From positions 11,132 to 75,131 of the forward strand of contig DDYY01000056.1 in assembly GCA_002346225.1 (NCBI GenBank): a stretch of DNA of 64,000 bases, in the 5' to 3' direction. Each line of letters begins with the position of its first letter. Position 1 is the first letter of the stretch. This document shows, in pieces, positions 38,849 to 47,564 of the stretch. The translations under genes were made by a program, and so were the position numbers. The notes under the pieces were generated by a model, which had not been told where the DNA came from, ran no database searches, and saw nothing but the letters and a program-made list of their open reading frames with translations. This stretch comes from Bacteroidetes bacterium UBA3022. Its GTDB lineage: Bacteria; Bacteroidota; Bacteroidia; Chitinophagales; BACL12.

Positions 38849-39134
38849 ATACTGTGCGCTGGTTATTTTAGTGGGTTGCAGCCAAACGGCATCGTCTCAG
38901 TTGCAGATTCAAATGCCCGAATCAATTCCTTCCTATCAGTTGAGTCTTCCTCTACCATTCAACGCGATGAAACGGGACCTTTCCTTTTCCTCCAATGCAA
39001 CTCCTGCCATTACTCCTGCTTTGCCGCCCTATCCTTTTGTATTTGTACCATCTTATCAACTGGGCTTCTTTTGTAAATTCGAAGACGCTATCAACAGAAA
39101 CCGAAAATGGCGCATTGATTTTGGCACCGACTGA
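38790..39134 (+). CDS. Small hypothetical lipoprotein (start uncertain)
   Basis: The only ATG giving a signal peptide is at 38790 (…KYCALVILVGC, lipobox LVGC), and it overlaps the DUF2490 gene by 59 nt. The alternative GTG at 38871 lacks a signal peptide. The conserved-looking C-terminus is YQLGFFCKFEDAI..RKWRIDFGTD. Confidence 0.35.
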   Translation: MSAIRTFATYLDYRISTIGKYCALVILVGCSQTASSQLQIQMPESIPSYQLSLPLPFNAMKRDLSFSSNATPAITPALPPYPFVFVPSYQLGFFCKFEDAINRNRKWRIDFGTD

Positions 39135-39140
39135 CGGCTC

Positions 39141-39872
39141 ATGCAAAACAATCCTTTGCTTCAACCTATAATGTCAACGTGCACTTCATTGCTGGAAACT
39201 ATTACCCAAAAAATCAGTGTAGTAGAAGGAAAAGGCGTTTGGCTACAAGACTTCTGGCACGCTGAAGCAGGAACAAATGGCACCATCCTTACTTTGGAAA
39301 ATGCCAATATTTTTGAAAAAGCTATGGCTGAATCCTATTCCTGCAATAATACAGATTGCAGATCAGCCGGCTTTACCCTTGCTTTGCACCCTCACCATCC
39401 ATTGGTACCTGTATGGATCTGTCAATTGCATTTTTACCTTTCAGAAAAAGGTACCGTTCAGTATAGGGGTAATCTTATACAATACAGCTATGCACCGGCA
39501 GGCTGGATGCCGTCAGAAGCAATAACAAGCTCCACGGATATCGGTAGCCTGTTATTACAGCAATTAAAGTCTGAGTTGGTAGGTCCATCCATTTTGCAGA
39601 TTACATCGAGCAGAGGCGCGGATAGCAGCCAACAGAGTACACTACCGGAGCTGTTGAATAAGCTGATGCGTTTATTGATGGATCAATATCTGGAAATTGT
39701 TAATGAGCTGCAGGATAAACCGACAGATGCTGCTATGAAAAAGGCCCATCATCAACAACGATTAGAATGGAATCGCTTTCTTCAAGAAGAAGAAAATAAG
39801 GCTAATTGGAAACCAAGCCACTCATTCCCGAAGGTTAGCAGGGAGATGATTTATGCTCCAGCAAACGATTAA
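39141..39872 (+). CDS. Degenerate coproporphyrinogen-III-oxidase (HemF)-like protein
   Basis: By eye it is colinear with E. coli HemF: DFWHAEAGTNG / DSWQREAGGGG, IFEKA / VFEQA, LALHPHHPLVPVWICQLHFY / [20 protein letters not shown], YLEIV / YLPIV. It lacks WWFGGG.DLTP and RRGRYVEFNL and is about 55 aa shorter. Confidence 0.4.
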   Translation: MQNNPLLQPIMSTCTSLLETITQKISVVEGKGVWLQDFWHAEAGTNGTILTLENANIFEKAMAESYSCNNTDCRSAGFTLALHPHHPLVPVWICQLHFYLSEKGTVQYRGNLIQYSYAPAGWMPSEAITSSTDIGSLLLQQLKSELVGPSILQITSSRGADSSQQSTLPELLNKLMRLLMDQYLEIVNELQDKPTDAAMKKAHHQQRLEWNRFLQEEENKANWKPSHSFPKVSREMIYAPAND

Positions 39873-40324
39873 TCGCAGATAAGCGAAAGATTGGGTGTGC
39901 GAATTTCATTGCTCCAGTTACCTGCCCTGTCCCGAATCTGTATAGTGTAGTAAAAGGTATCTACGTCAACCGGATTAATACATTGGGAAATACCCCTTAC
40001 GGCATAAATATTACCCGAAATGGCTGTGTGGTTTCCCTGTAATTCGATGTAGGGAATTTTAGCACCGATTCTGAATCCTGGAACCCGGCTGTCTTCCCAG
40101 AAGAGATTGAGAGAGTCCACATCCTCACCGCCTATATCGCCATCGCCATCTTCAAAGTAGATGTTAACTCTCAGACTGTCGGGATCAAACTCTACAAAAC
40201 TCACCTTATTGACTTCCACCAATTCAATCCTGGGTTCCACTGGATATTCCGGTGGTTTTACACACGAATTAAATCCGGTAATGAGAAAAGCAGCAGCCGA
40301 TATGGTCAAAAGAGTCTTTAACAT
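39869..40324 (-). CDS. Hypothetical lipoprotein
   Basis: Signal peptide with lipobox (ITGFNSC). Beta-rich. Its stop codon shares the TTAA at 39869-39872 with the convergent gene. Confidence 0.5.
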   Translation of the reverse strand: MLKTLLTISAAAFLITGFNSCVKPPEYPVEPRIELVEVNKVSFVEFDPDSLRVNIYFEDGDGDIGGEDVDSLNLFWEDSRVPGFRIGAKIPYIELQGNHTAISGNIYAVRGISQCINPVDVDTFYYTIQIRDRAGNWSNEIRTPNLSLICD

Positions 40325-40371
40325 GGTATGCTTCTAACTATAAAAGTAGCACATTAGTATAACTTTACTCC

Positions 40372-41334
40372 GTGAAAATAGTTCGGGAATTATTGGAAGG
40401 ACAGCCGGTAGATTTTGAGGAAGCTGCATTGAGCTGTTTCCATTATCAACTGGAAAACAATGCCCTGTACCGACAATGGTGCCAGGGAATTGGAAGAACC
40501 AAGCCCAAGTCCCTTTCAGAAATTCCGTTTTTACCGGTTGAGCTGTTCAGAAACCATACGGTAGTGAGTGCCCCTCCTCCTTATCAATTGAGCTTCATGA
40601 GCAGCGGAACCACTTCAACTGCGCGGTCCAGACATTTCGTAAAGTCTACAGATTGGTATAAAAAAAGTTTCCTGACGACATTTATGCATTTTTATGGATC
40701 TCCTGCCAGGTACCGGCTCATTTGCCTGCTCCCTTCTTATGCTCCGGAAAGCTCGTTGATATATATGTGCTCAGAATTGATTCGCGCCAGCAAACATCCT
40801 GATAGTGGCTTCTACCTTGAAGACCCAGAGCGCATGCATGAAATTTTACACAAAGAGGATAATCAACGCACCACACTGCTGCTGGGCGTAACCCATGCAC
40901 TGCTGGATCTTGCCGAACAAACTACACTTAATCATGAGCACTTAATTGTAATGGAAACGGGTGGCATGAAAGGTCGCAGGAAGGAAATGGTCAGAGCAGA
41001 GGTACACCGGATTTTACAACAAGCCTTTGGCGTGGCTGCCGTTCACTCCGAATACGGCATGACGGAGCTGCTATCCCAGGCTTACTCATCCGGCATGGGC
41101 TTGTTCACCTGTCCTCCCTGGATGAAAGTAATCTCACGAGATGCAGAAGACCCCTTTGAACTGCTGGAAAGCGGGCAAAGGGGATTACTGAATATAATAG
41201 ACCTCGCGAATATAGATTCCTGCTGCTTTATCGCTACTCAAGATACCGGTTTGGTACATTCTGATGGTCGATTTGAAGTTACCGGACGTTCCGATAACAG
41301 TGATATCAGGGGATGCAACCTACTTCTTCAGTGA
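40372..41334 (+). CDS. LuxE/PaaK-like acyl-adenylate-forming enzyme (acyl-protein synthetase family)
   Basis: GTG start. FHYQ..NN.LY..W, FMSSGTTSTARSRHF, METGGMKG and SEYGMTELLSQ motifs. Confidence 0.55.
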   Translation: MKIVRELLEGQPVDFEEAALSCFHYQLENNALYRQWCQGIGRTKPKSLSEIPFLPVELFRNHTVVSAPPPYQLSFMSSGTTSTARSRHFVKSTDWYKKSFLTTFMHFYGSPARYRLICLLPSYAPESSLIYMCSELIRASKHPDSGFYLEDPERMHEILHKEDNQRTTLLLGVTHALLDLAEQTTLNHEHLIVMETGGMKGRRKEMVRAEVHRILQQAFGVAAVHSEYGMTELLSQAYSSGMGLFTCPPWMKVISRDAEDPFELLESGQRGLLNIIDLANIDSCCFIATQDTGLVHSDGRFEVTGRSDNSDIRGCNLLLQ

Positions 41335-42987
41335 TGCTGCCCGTGCATTTCTGATGTACTGAATCAGGTTATTGGTAGATGCATCGTGGTTCAGTGTGTC
41401 AACGTTGGTAGCCAGTTCAGGCAGAATGGCAGCTGCCAGTTTCTTACCCAGTTCGACTCCCCATTGATCAAAACTGAAAATATTCCATATAACTCCCTGA
41501 ACAAATATTTTGTGTTCGTAGAGGGCTATTAGTTGTCCCAATTGGAATGGATTAATCTCCGGCAGAATAAACGTGGAGGAAGGAATATTCCCTTCGAAGA
41601 CCCGATAGGGTGCCTGCCATTCTACTTCCTCCTCCGGCATGCCGGCAGCTAAAAGTTCCTGTCGTACTTCTTCCAGGGTCTTTCCGCGCATGAGTGCCTC
41701 CGACTGCGCTAAGCAATGCGAGATTAAGATGGGATGATGCTTGCCCATTTCGTTTTGGGACACTACGGGCAGAATAAAATCACAGGGAATCATTTGGGTA
41801 CCCTGATGTATCAATTGATAAAATGCATGTTGTCCATTGGTGCCTGACTCGCCCCATACTACCGGTCCTGTCGCATAACCAACCTTTTTACCTGTTCGGT
41901 CAACGTGTTTGCCATTGCTCTCCATATCGGCCTGTTGCAGATAGGCCGGAAAGCTGGATAAATATTGATTATAGGGAAGCACAGCATGCGTGGAAGTGTG
42001 AAAGAAATTAGTGTACCATATACCCAGCAAGGCCATGATGACAGGAATATTGTCTTTCAGTTCGGTCTCCTTAAAATGTACATCTGCTGCATGAGCTCCA
42101 TCGAGCAGTTTGCGGAAATTTTCCTTCCCAATTCCAATCATGATGCTCAATCCGATAGCACTCCAAAGGGAATACCTGCCGCCCACCCAGGGCCAGAAAC
42201 CAAAGGTTCTCTCAGGGGAAATGCCAAATGCTTCCACATGATCCAATGCCGTAGAAACAGCAACAAAATGCGCTGCAATCCATTTTTCTTCCCGGGCGTG
42301 CTCCAAAAACCATGTTCTAGCTGATTGTGCATTCGTCATGGTCTCCTGGGTGGTAAATGTTTTGGAGGCAATGATAAACAGAGTGGTTTCCGGGTCGAGT
42401 TTCCTCAGGCACTCGGCCATATGCGTTCCATCAACATTGGAAACAAAGTGCAATTGAATGTCCCGCTGGCTGAAAGCCTTCAGTGCCTCGCTCACCATGA
42501 CCGGACCGAGGTCTGACCCACCTATACCAATATTGACTACATCGGTAAAGGCTTTTCCTGTATAGCCTGTAATTTCCTTATTGCGCACTTTATCTGAAAA
42601 GGCACCCAATTGATCTAAAACTGCATACACCTCAGGTACGACATTTTCACCATCGGCCATATATACTTCATCCTGCATTGCACGTAGCGCAACATGCAGC
42701 ACCGGTCTGTTCTCAGTTACATTGATGGCGGCACCTGAAAACATATCGTGTATAGCTTCCGGCACCCGGCATTCTTCTGCCAGTGCAATCAACGAATTAA
42801 AAACTTCATCATCTATTCTATGCTTGCTGAAATCAAACAACAAGCCATTCATTTGCCGGGAAAACTTATTGTATCGATGGGGATCAGCTTTAAACTGCTC
42901 GCGCATGTGCGTGGTGCGTGCAGTAGCAACCAGCTTTTCCAGTTGCGACCATGCTTCTGTAGACAAAGGAGATAAAACAGGTAACAT
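41320..42987 (-). CDS. pgi: Glucose-6-phosphate isomerase
   Basis: 555 aa. VVNIGIGGSDLGP, ASKTFTTQET, GGRYSLWSAIG and QQADMESNGK motifs. Confidence 0.95.
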   Translation of the reverse strand: MLPVLSPLSTEAWSQLEKLVATARTTHMREQFKADPHRYNKFSRQMNGLLFDFSKHRIDDEVFNSLIALAEECRVPEAIHDMFSGAAINVTENRPVLHVALRAMQDEVYMADGENVVPEVYAVLDQLGAFSDKVRNKEITGYTGKAFTDVVNIGIGGSDLGPVMVSEALKAFSQRDIQLHFVSNVDGTHMAECLRKLDPETTLFIIASKTFTTQETMTNAQSARTWFLEHAREEKWIAAHFVAVSTALDHVEAFGISPERTFGFWPWVGGRYSLWSAIGLSIMIGIGKENFRKLLDGAHAADVHFKETELKDNIPVIMALLGIWYTNFFHTSTHAVLPYNQYLSSFPAYLQQADMESNGKHVDRTGKKVGYATGPVVWGESGTNGQHAFYQLIHQGTQMIPCDFILPVVSQNEMGKHHPILISHCLAQSEALMRGKTLEEVRQELLAAGMPEEEVEWQAPYRVFEGNIPSSTFILPEINPFQLGQLIALYEHKIFVQGVIWNIFSFDQWGVELGKKLAAAILPELATNVDTLNHDASTNNLIQYIRNARAASLKK

Positions 42988-42993
42988 AGTATA

Positions 42994-43833
42994 TTAATTA
43001 TTTTTATGATATTCAATTAATCCATTCAGTGGATCTGCCATGATATTACCGGTTACTAATCCGAATCCGGATAATTGTTCCCTCAGCAAATCAGCATAAG
43101 CCGCTGCAATGGAGCCGGTGCAGTGAACGGGCAGGTGCAAGGGCTTAAACCGAAGCAGATAAGCCTTGATAAAGGCCTGAAATGCAGTGGTGATAACTTG
43201 CCTTATATAAAGATGTGTTTCTCTGCCGACAGCGAATCGGGCAGCATTTGCAATAAATCTGTTGGGTGCCGGAGCATGATAGGTAGCCGCTAATACTTCC
43301 TCACGGGTATACGGGAAGTAAAGACTAAATGCCTTTGCTATTTCATCCGGCATTTGTCCGTAGAAATAGTCCGCTATAAAATGCTTCCCAATGGAGAATC
43401 CACTCCCTTCGTCACCCAATATATAACCCAGGCTGTGCTGGTCATCATCAATTGTTGCTCCATCCCAGCGACAAGCATTGGAACCTGTACCCAGTATGGC
43501 GACGATACCCGGCTGGTTCGCACACAAGCTTCTGGCAGCTGCTACCAAGTCATTTTCAAGGGCAATGGCTGCATCCTGAAAATGCTGACTGAGCCAGCCT
43601 TGCATGATTTGATTGCCTGCTTTACTTCCCAAACCGGAACCGTAAAAGTAGATTTGGTGGGCTGTTTTCCATTCGGCTGGTAAGGTATTGAAGACGGCAA
43701 CTGCATCATTGGGTTGCGTATAATTCGGATTTAACCCAGACGTGGTATGCTGTCCGGAAACTCCTCCATTTTCCATCCATACCCAGTTGGTTTTAGTAGA
43801 ACCGCTCTCAGCTATCAGCACCTTATTGCTCAC
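42994..43833 (-). CDS. BadF/BadG/BcrA/BcrD-type ATPase (N-acetylglucosamine kinase-like)
   Basis: GTG start. LIAESGSTKTNWV, ILGTGSNA and GYILGDEGSG motifs. Confidence 0.8.
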   Translation of the reverse strand: MSNKVLIAESGSTKTNWVWMENGGVSGQHTTSGLNPNYTQPNDAVAVFNTLPAEWKTAHQIYFYGSGLGSKAGNQIMQGWLSQHFQDAAIALENDLVAAARSLCANQPGIVAILGTGSNACRWDGATIDDDQHSLGYILGDEGSGFSIGKHFIADYFYGQMPDEIAKAFSLYFPYTREEVLAATYHAPAPNRFIANAARFAVGRETHLYIRQVITTAFQAFIKAYLLRFKPLHLPVHCTGSIAAAYADLLREQLSGFGLVTGNIMADPLNGLIEYHKNN

Positions 43834-45124
43834 CTATTTCCTTGCTTGGATGAAAGAGAATCTTATCAATACGGGAACCATCCATGTCCAGTACTTCAAA
43901 GGAATGATCTTTCCATGTAAGGCGCTCCCCTTCTGAAGGAATGCGCTCCAGCTCATGAATAATAAAGCCCGCAACGGTATTATAATCCAGTTCTTCGAGG
44001 TTATCGAATTCTTCAATTTCAAAATAAACCAGAAAATCATAGAAAGGCAATCCAGCATCTATGAGATAACTGCCATCTTCCCTTTTGATGATGGAATAGT
44101 CGGGCATATTGAGTTCGTCAAATTCCCCTACAATGGCCTCCAGGATATCATTGATGGTCACGAGTCCCTGCAGGGAGCCGTACTCATCCACTATGAAAGC
44201 ATAATGGATTTTTGAATTTTTGAATTTTTCCAGCACATTATAAGCGGTATTGTTTTCCGGTAAATACAATACAGGCTTTATAAATTCTCTTATTCTTTCA
44301 AATCTGACACTTTCATCTGCCAGAAACAGATTCTTCAGGTAAATAATGCCCAGTGGTTTGTCCAGGTCGCCATCGCAAACCGGGTAAACAGAATGCACTT
44401 CACTCTCTATGGTGTTCATCAACTCGTCGGGCGTATCCTCGAGGTTCAGCCAAACGATATCACTCCGGTGCGTCATCAGAGAGCCGATTCTTCTGTCGCC
44501 AAGGTGGAATACCCGCTCTACGATATCCTGTTCAATTTCTTCAATTTCACCTGAGTTGGTGCCTTCCTGAATCATGGCCTTGATTTCCTCTTCCGTAACC
44601 CTGTCATCATTGGCACTGCGCAGATTAAACAACTTAATCATACCGTTGGATGCCGCAGTCAGCACCCAGGTAAATGGTGCCGTAATCCTGGACAACAGCA
44701 TCATAGGCTTCGCCATAAAGGTGGCTATGGTTTCGGAGTATGCCAGCCCAATGCGTTTAGGCAGCAACTCCCCAATCAGGAGAGACAAGCTGGTAACAAA
44801 AAGTACAACGATGGTGATGGCAATGGTTTCGGCATAGTTGGCCATATTCTCAAACCCCATCAACCATCTGATAATAGGTTCTTTAATGGTGTCGCCTGAA
44901 TAGATACCGGTTAAGATACTAATGAGGGTAATGCCTATTTGAACAGTTGACAGGAACCGGGCCGGTTCGTTGTGCAGCTCTAGTGCAATTTCGGCGCGTT
45001 TGTTCCCTTTTTTAGCCGCCGACTCCAGTCGGCTCTTTCTGGAGGAAACCATCGCCATCTCGCTCATGGCAAAGAGTCCGTTCACACAAATAAGCAGGAA
45101 TATAATGAGCAGTTCGGTAACCAT
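43823..45124 (-). CDS. Hemolysin-family / CNNM transporter-associated protein (DUF21, CBS pair and CorC_HlyC domains)
   Basis: N-terminal 4-TM DUF21 (NGLFAMSEMAMVS). CBS pair (LMTHRSDIVWL...YAFIVDEYGSLQGLVTINDILE). C-terminal transporter-associated domain. Confidence 0.9.
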   Translation of the reverse strand: MVTELLIIFLLICVNGLFAMSEMAMVSSRKSRLESAAKKGNKRAEIALELHNEPARFLSTVQIGITLISILTGIYSGDTIKEPIIRWLMGFENMANYAETIAITIVVLFVTSLSLLIGELLPKRIGLAYSETIATFMAKPMMLLSRITAPFTWVLTAASNGMIKLFNLRSANDDRVTEEEIKAMIQEGTNSGEIEEIEQDIVERVFHLGDRRIGSLMTHRSDIVWLNLEDTPDELMNTIESEVHSVYPVCDGDLDKPLGIIYLKNLFLADESVRFERIREFIKPVLYLPENNTAYNVLEKFKNSKIHYAFIVDEYGSLQGLVTINDILEAIVGEFDELNMPDYSIIKREDGSYLIDAGLPFYDFLVYFEIEEFDNLEELDYNTVAGFIIHELERIPSEGERLTWKDHSFEVLDMDGSRIDKILFHPSKEIGEQ

Positions 45125-45380
45125 TACCTAAATTGATATTTCGGTTGAAAGGACAAATTAATACGGAAATTGAAATAGATATGAGCTGGAAGGATAATCG
45201 CCCGATGGGTAAGGGTCACTTGAACTAGCCATGCAATCCGGATATTTTTACAAAAGTAAGCATAATAGAACAAACCTTCAGCAAATGATTCCACAGGGGG
45301 TGACATATTCACAGTAATGTCAAAAGGGTGCCGCAAGACATATCGTTCTTGCTTTCTTTTAGTTACTCAGCCGAATTCAG

Positions 45381-45388
45381 TAATTTTG
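45381..45388 (+). promoter_or_regulatory. Bacteroidota -7 box (TAnnTTTG)
   Basis: taattttg lies 24 nt upstream of the ATG at 45413. Confidence 0.4.
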
Positions 45389-45412
45389 AACACTTAAATC
45401 CAGTATTTTCCA

Positions 45413-47521
45413 ATGAAAAAGTATCTTCTCATCCTCCTTTCCGCAGCCTCTGCTATGCTTTCACAGGCACAAACGCTTAAAGAGTGCGGAAATACAGCCC
45501 ACGATCATTTGTTGCAGGAAACAGTTCCGGGGTATACCGAACGCCGTCAAATGATTGAGGATTTCACCCAGAAATTCATTGAAAAGGAAATGATGAACGG
45601 TGGCTCACGCGCCAGCACCATCATTACCATCCCTGTCGTGGTGCATGTAGTTTTTGAAAACGACCTCGAAAACATCACAGATGCGCAGGTACTCTCTCAA
45701 ATAGATGTCTTAAATGAAGATTTACGAAGGTTAAACGCCGATGCAGCAGATACACCTGCAGAATTTGAAGGGGTAGCTGCCGACTTTGAAATTGAATTCT
45801 GTCTGGCAACCATTGACCCGGACGGTAACCCTACCACAGGTATACTGCGCATTCCAACGACCGAGACTTCCTTTGGTATCAGCGACGATATCAAATTCAG
45901 TGCTTCCGGTGGTTCTGATGCATGGCCTGCAGATGAGTACCTCAATATTTGGTGCGGAGACCTCGGCGGCGGTTTATTGGGTTATGCGCAATTTCCCGGC
46001 GGTCCCGACAATACTGATGGCGTGGTAATTACCTACTCCAGCTTTGGAAGAGAAGGTTATGTGCTGGCTCCTTACGACTTAGGCCGCACCGGCACTCACG
46101 AAGTGGGCCACTGGCTGAACCTCTACCATATCTGGGGCGATGATTTCGACTGTTCAGGAAGTGATCTGGTGGCTGACACTCCTAACCAGGAAGTGGCTAC
46201 TTATGGATGTCCCAGCTCACCGCTTGCTGATGCCTGTAACCTGTCCATCCAGTTTCAGAACTATATGGATTATACCGATGACGCTTGCTACAATATGTTC
46301 ACGGAAGGTCAGAAAGAACGCGCAAGAGCATTGTTCGAGCCAGGTGGAGCAAGATTCGACCTGGGCAATTCCATCAAATGTATATCCTACAACTTTGATG
46401 CTGCTGCCCTCGAAATACTGGTTCCCACTGGAACTTATTGTTTCTCCACTTTCTCACCGGTCGTTACCATCCGCAACACCGGTTCGGAAGTAATGACAAG
46501 TGTAGACATCAATTACAGTGTTGACGGTGCTACGCCGGTTACTTTCTACTGGACAGGCTCTTTAGATACTTACGAAACCGAAGATGTTACCCTTCCTTCC
46601 CTTTCGCTGGGAGACGGTGCGCACAGCCTTACTATTACTGTTAGTGACCCCAATGGTATGCCCGATGAATATGCTGGAAACAATGAAACCAGTAGCGACT
46701 TCTTCATCAATACCTTTGGTCTGACCTTGCCGTTGGTACAAGGCTTTGAAGCTGACCCCTTCCCTTACACCGGTTATTCAGTTATCAACCCCAATGGTTC
46801 CTTTACATGGGAGCGCACCACTGCAGCTTCTAAATTGGGCTCTGCTTCCATTTTCATGAACCACTTTGAAAACACCGCTGTAGGTGCTGTTGATGAAATG
46901 GAATTACCCGCATACAACATGACCGGCATTACGGCCGCCCACCTTGATTTTGATGTAGCGTATGCCGTTTATACTCCGGGGGGAGATTATTCCGATACTT
47001 TACAAGTGCTGGTAAGCGATGATTGTGGTGTCACCTGGAACAGTGTTTACTACAAAGCCTGGCCGGATTTGAATACTGCAGGTGCTACCGGAACGGCTTT
47101 CGTTCCTACTCAGGATCAGTGGAGATTCGAAAGCGTCAGCCTTACACCATATATAGGTGATAAACTCATCGTGAAATTCAGAACGGTCAGCTCATGGGAG
47201 AACAACCTCTATGTCGACAATATCAATATCGCTTCAGGAACTGTTGGAATAGATGAAATGTCTGACAATGCCTGGTTTGATGTTTATCCTAACCCGGCGA
47301 ATAGCTGGATTAATATCGCATATGGTTTTGCCCAAAGCCCGACAGTTAACATTGAAATAATCAATCTTGCCGGACAAGTTGTATTGTCGGATATGGCTCC
47401 GAACATTCCGGGTCAATCGAACCAGACCTCATTGCTGGTGAACTCCCTGCCTGCCGGTGTTTATTCTGTACGGATGTTTGACGAGGCACATGCTGTGCAA
47501 CGCACATTTGTAAAGAACTAA
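45413..47521 (+). CDS. M43-family (pappalysin/cytophagalysin-like) zinc metalloprotease with a T9SS C-terminal sorting domain
   Basis: Signal peptide. Zinc motif THEVGHWLNLYHIWGD plus Met-turn region NYMDY. CTD FDVYPNPANSWINIAY...AGVYSVRMFDE. Confidence 0.85.
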   Translation: MKKYLLILLSAASAMLSQAQTLKECGNTAHDHLLQETVPGYTERRQMIEDFTQKFIEKEMMNGGSRASTIITIPVVVHVVFENDLENITDAQVLSQIDVLNEDLRRLNADAADTPAEFEGVAADFEIEFCLATIDPDGNPTTGILRIPTTETSFGISDDIKFSASGGSDAWPADEYLNIWCGDLGGGLLGYAQFPGGPDNTDGVVITYSSFGREGYVLAPYDLGRTGTHEVGHWLNLYHIWGDDFDCSGSDLVADTPNQEVATYGCPSSPLADACNLSIQFQNYMDYTDDACYNMFTEGQKERARALFEPGGARFDLGNSIKCISYNFDAAALEILVPTGTYCFSTFSPVVTIRNTGSEVMTSVDINYSVDGATPVTFYWTGSLDTYETEDVTLPSLSLGDGAHSLTITVSDPNGMPDEYAGNNETSSDFFINTFGLTLPLVQGFEADPFPYTGYSVINPNGSFTWERTTAASKLGSASIFMNHFENTAVGAVDEMELPAYNMTGITAAHLDFDVAYAVYTPGGDYSDTLQVLVSDDCGVTWNSVYYKAWPDLNTAGATGTAFVPTQDQWRFESVSLTPYIGDKLIVKFRTVSSWENNLYVDNINIASGTVGIDEMSDNAWFDVYPNPANSWINIAYGFAQSPTVNIEIINLAGQVVLSDMAPNIPGQSNQTSLLVNSLPAGVYSVRMFDEAHAVQRTFVKN

Positions 47522-47535
47522 AGAATTAACAACAG

Positions 47536-47564
47536 AAAAGCACCGCAAATGCGGTGCTTTTTTT
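47536..47564 (+). terminator. Rho-independent terminator
   Basis: aaaa-gcaccgc (47540-47546) / loop aaat / gcggtgc (47551-47557) / T7 (47558-47564). The T-tract runs directly into the ATG at 47565. Confidence 0.75.

Noticed and set aside
39869-39872. Convergent genes sharing the tetranucleotide TTAA as both stop codons, and the 15-nt convergent overlap of the LuxE-like gene and pgi at 41320-41334
   Set aside because: This is real but is ordinary compact packing in a gene-dense genome. No functional inference is warranted.
45124-45336. 70-aa minus-strand ORF in the 288-bp region upstream of the M43 protease gene
   Set aside because: It has no motif, signal or promoter box and an odd composition. 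The region more probably holds the promoters of the divergent CNNM-family and M43 genes. I could not recognise a riboswitch fold by eye.
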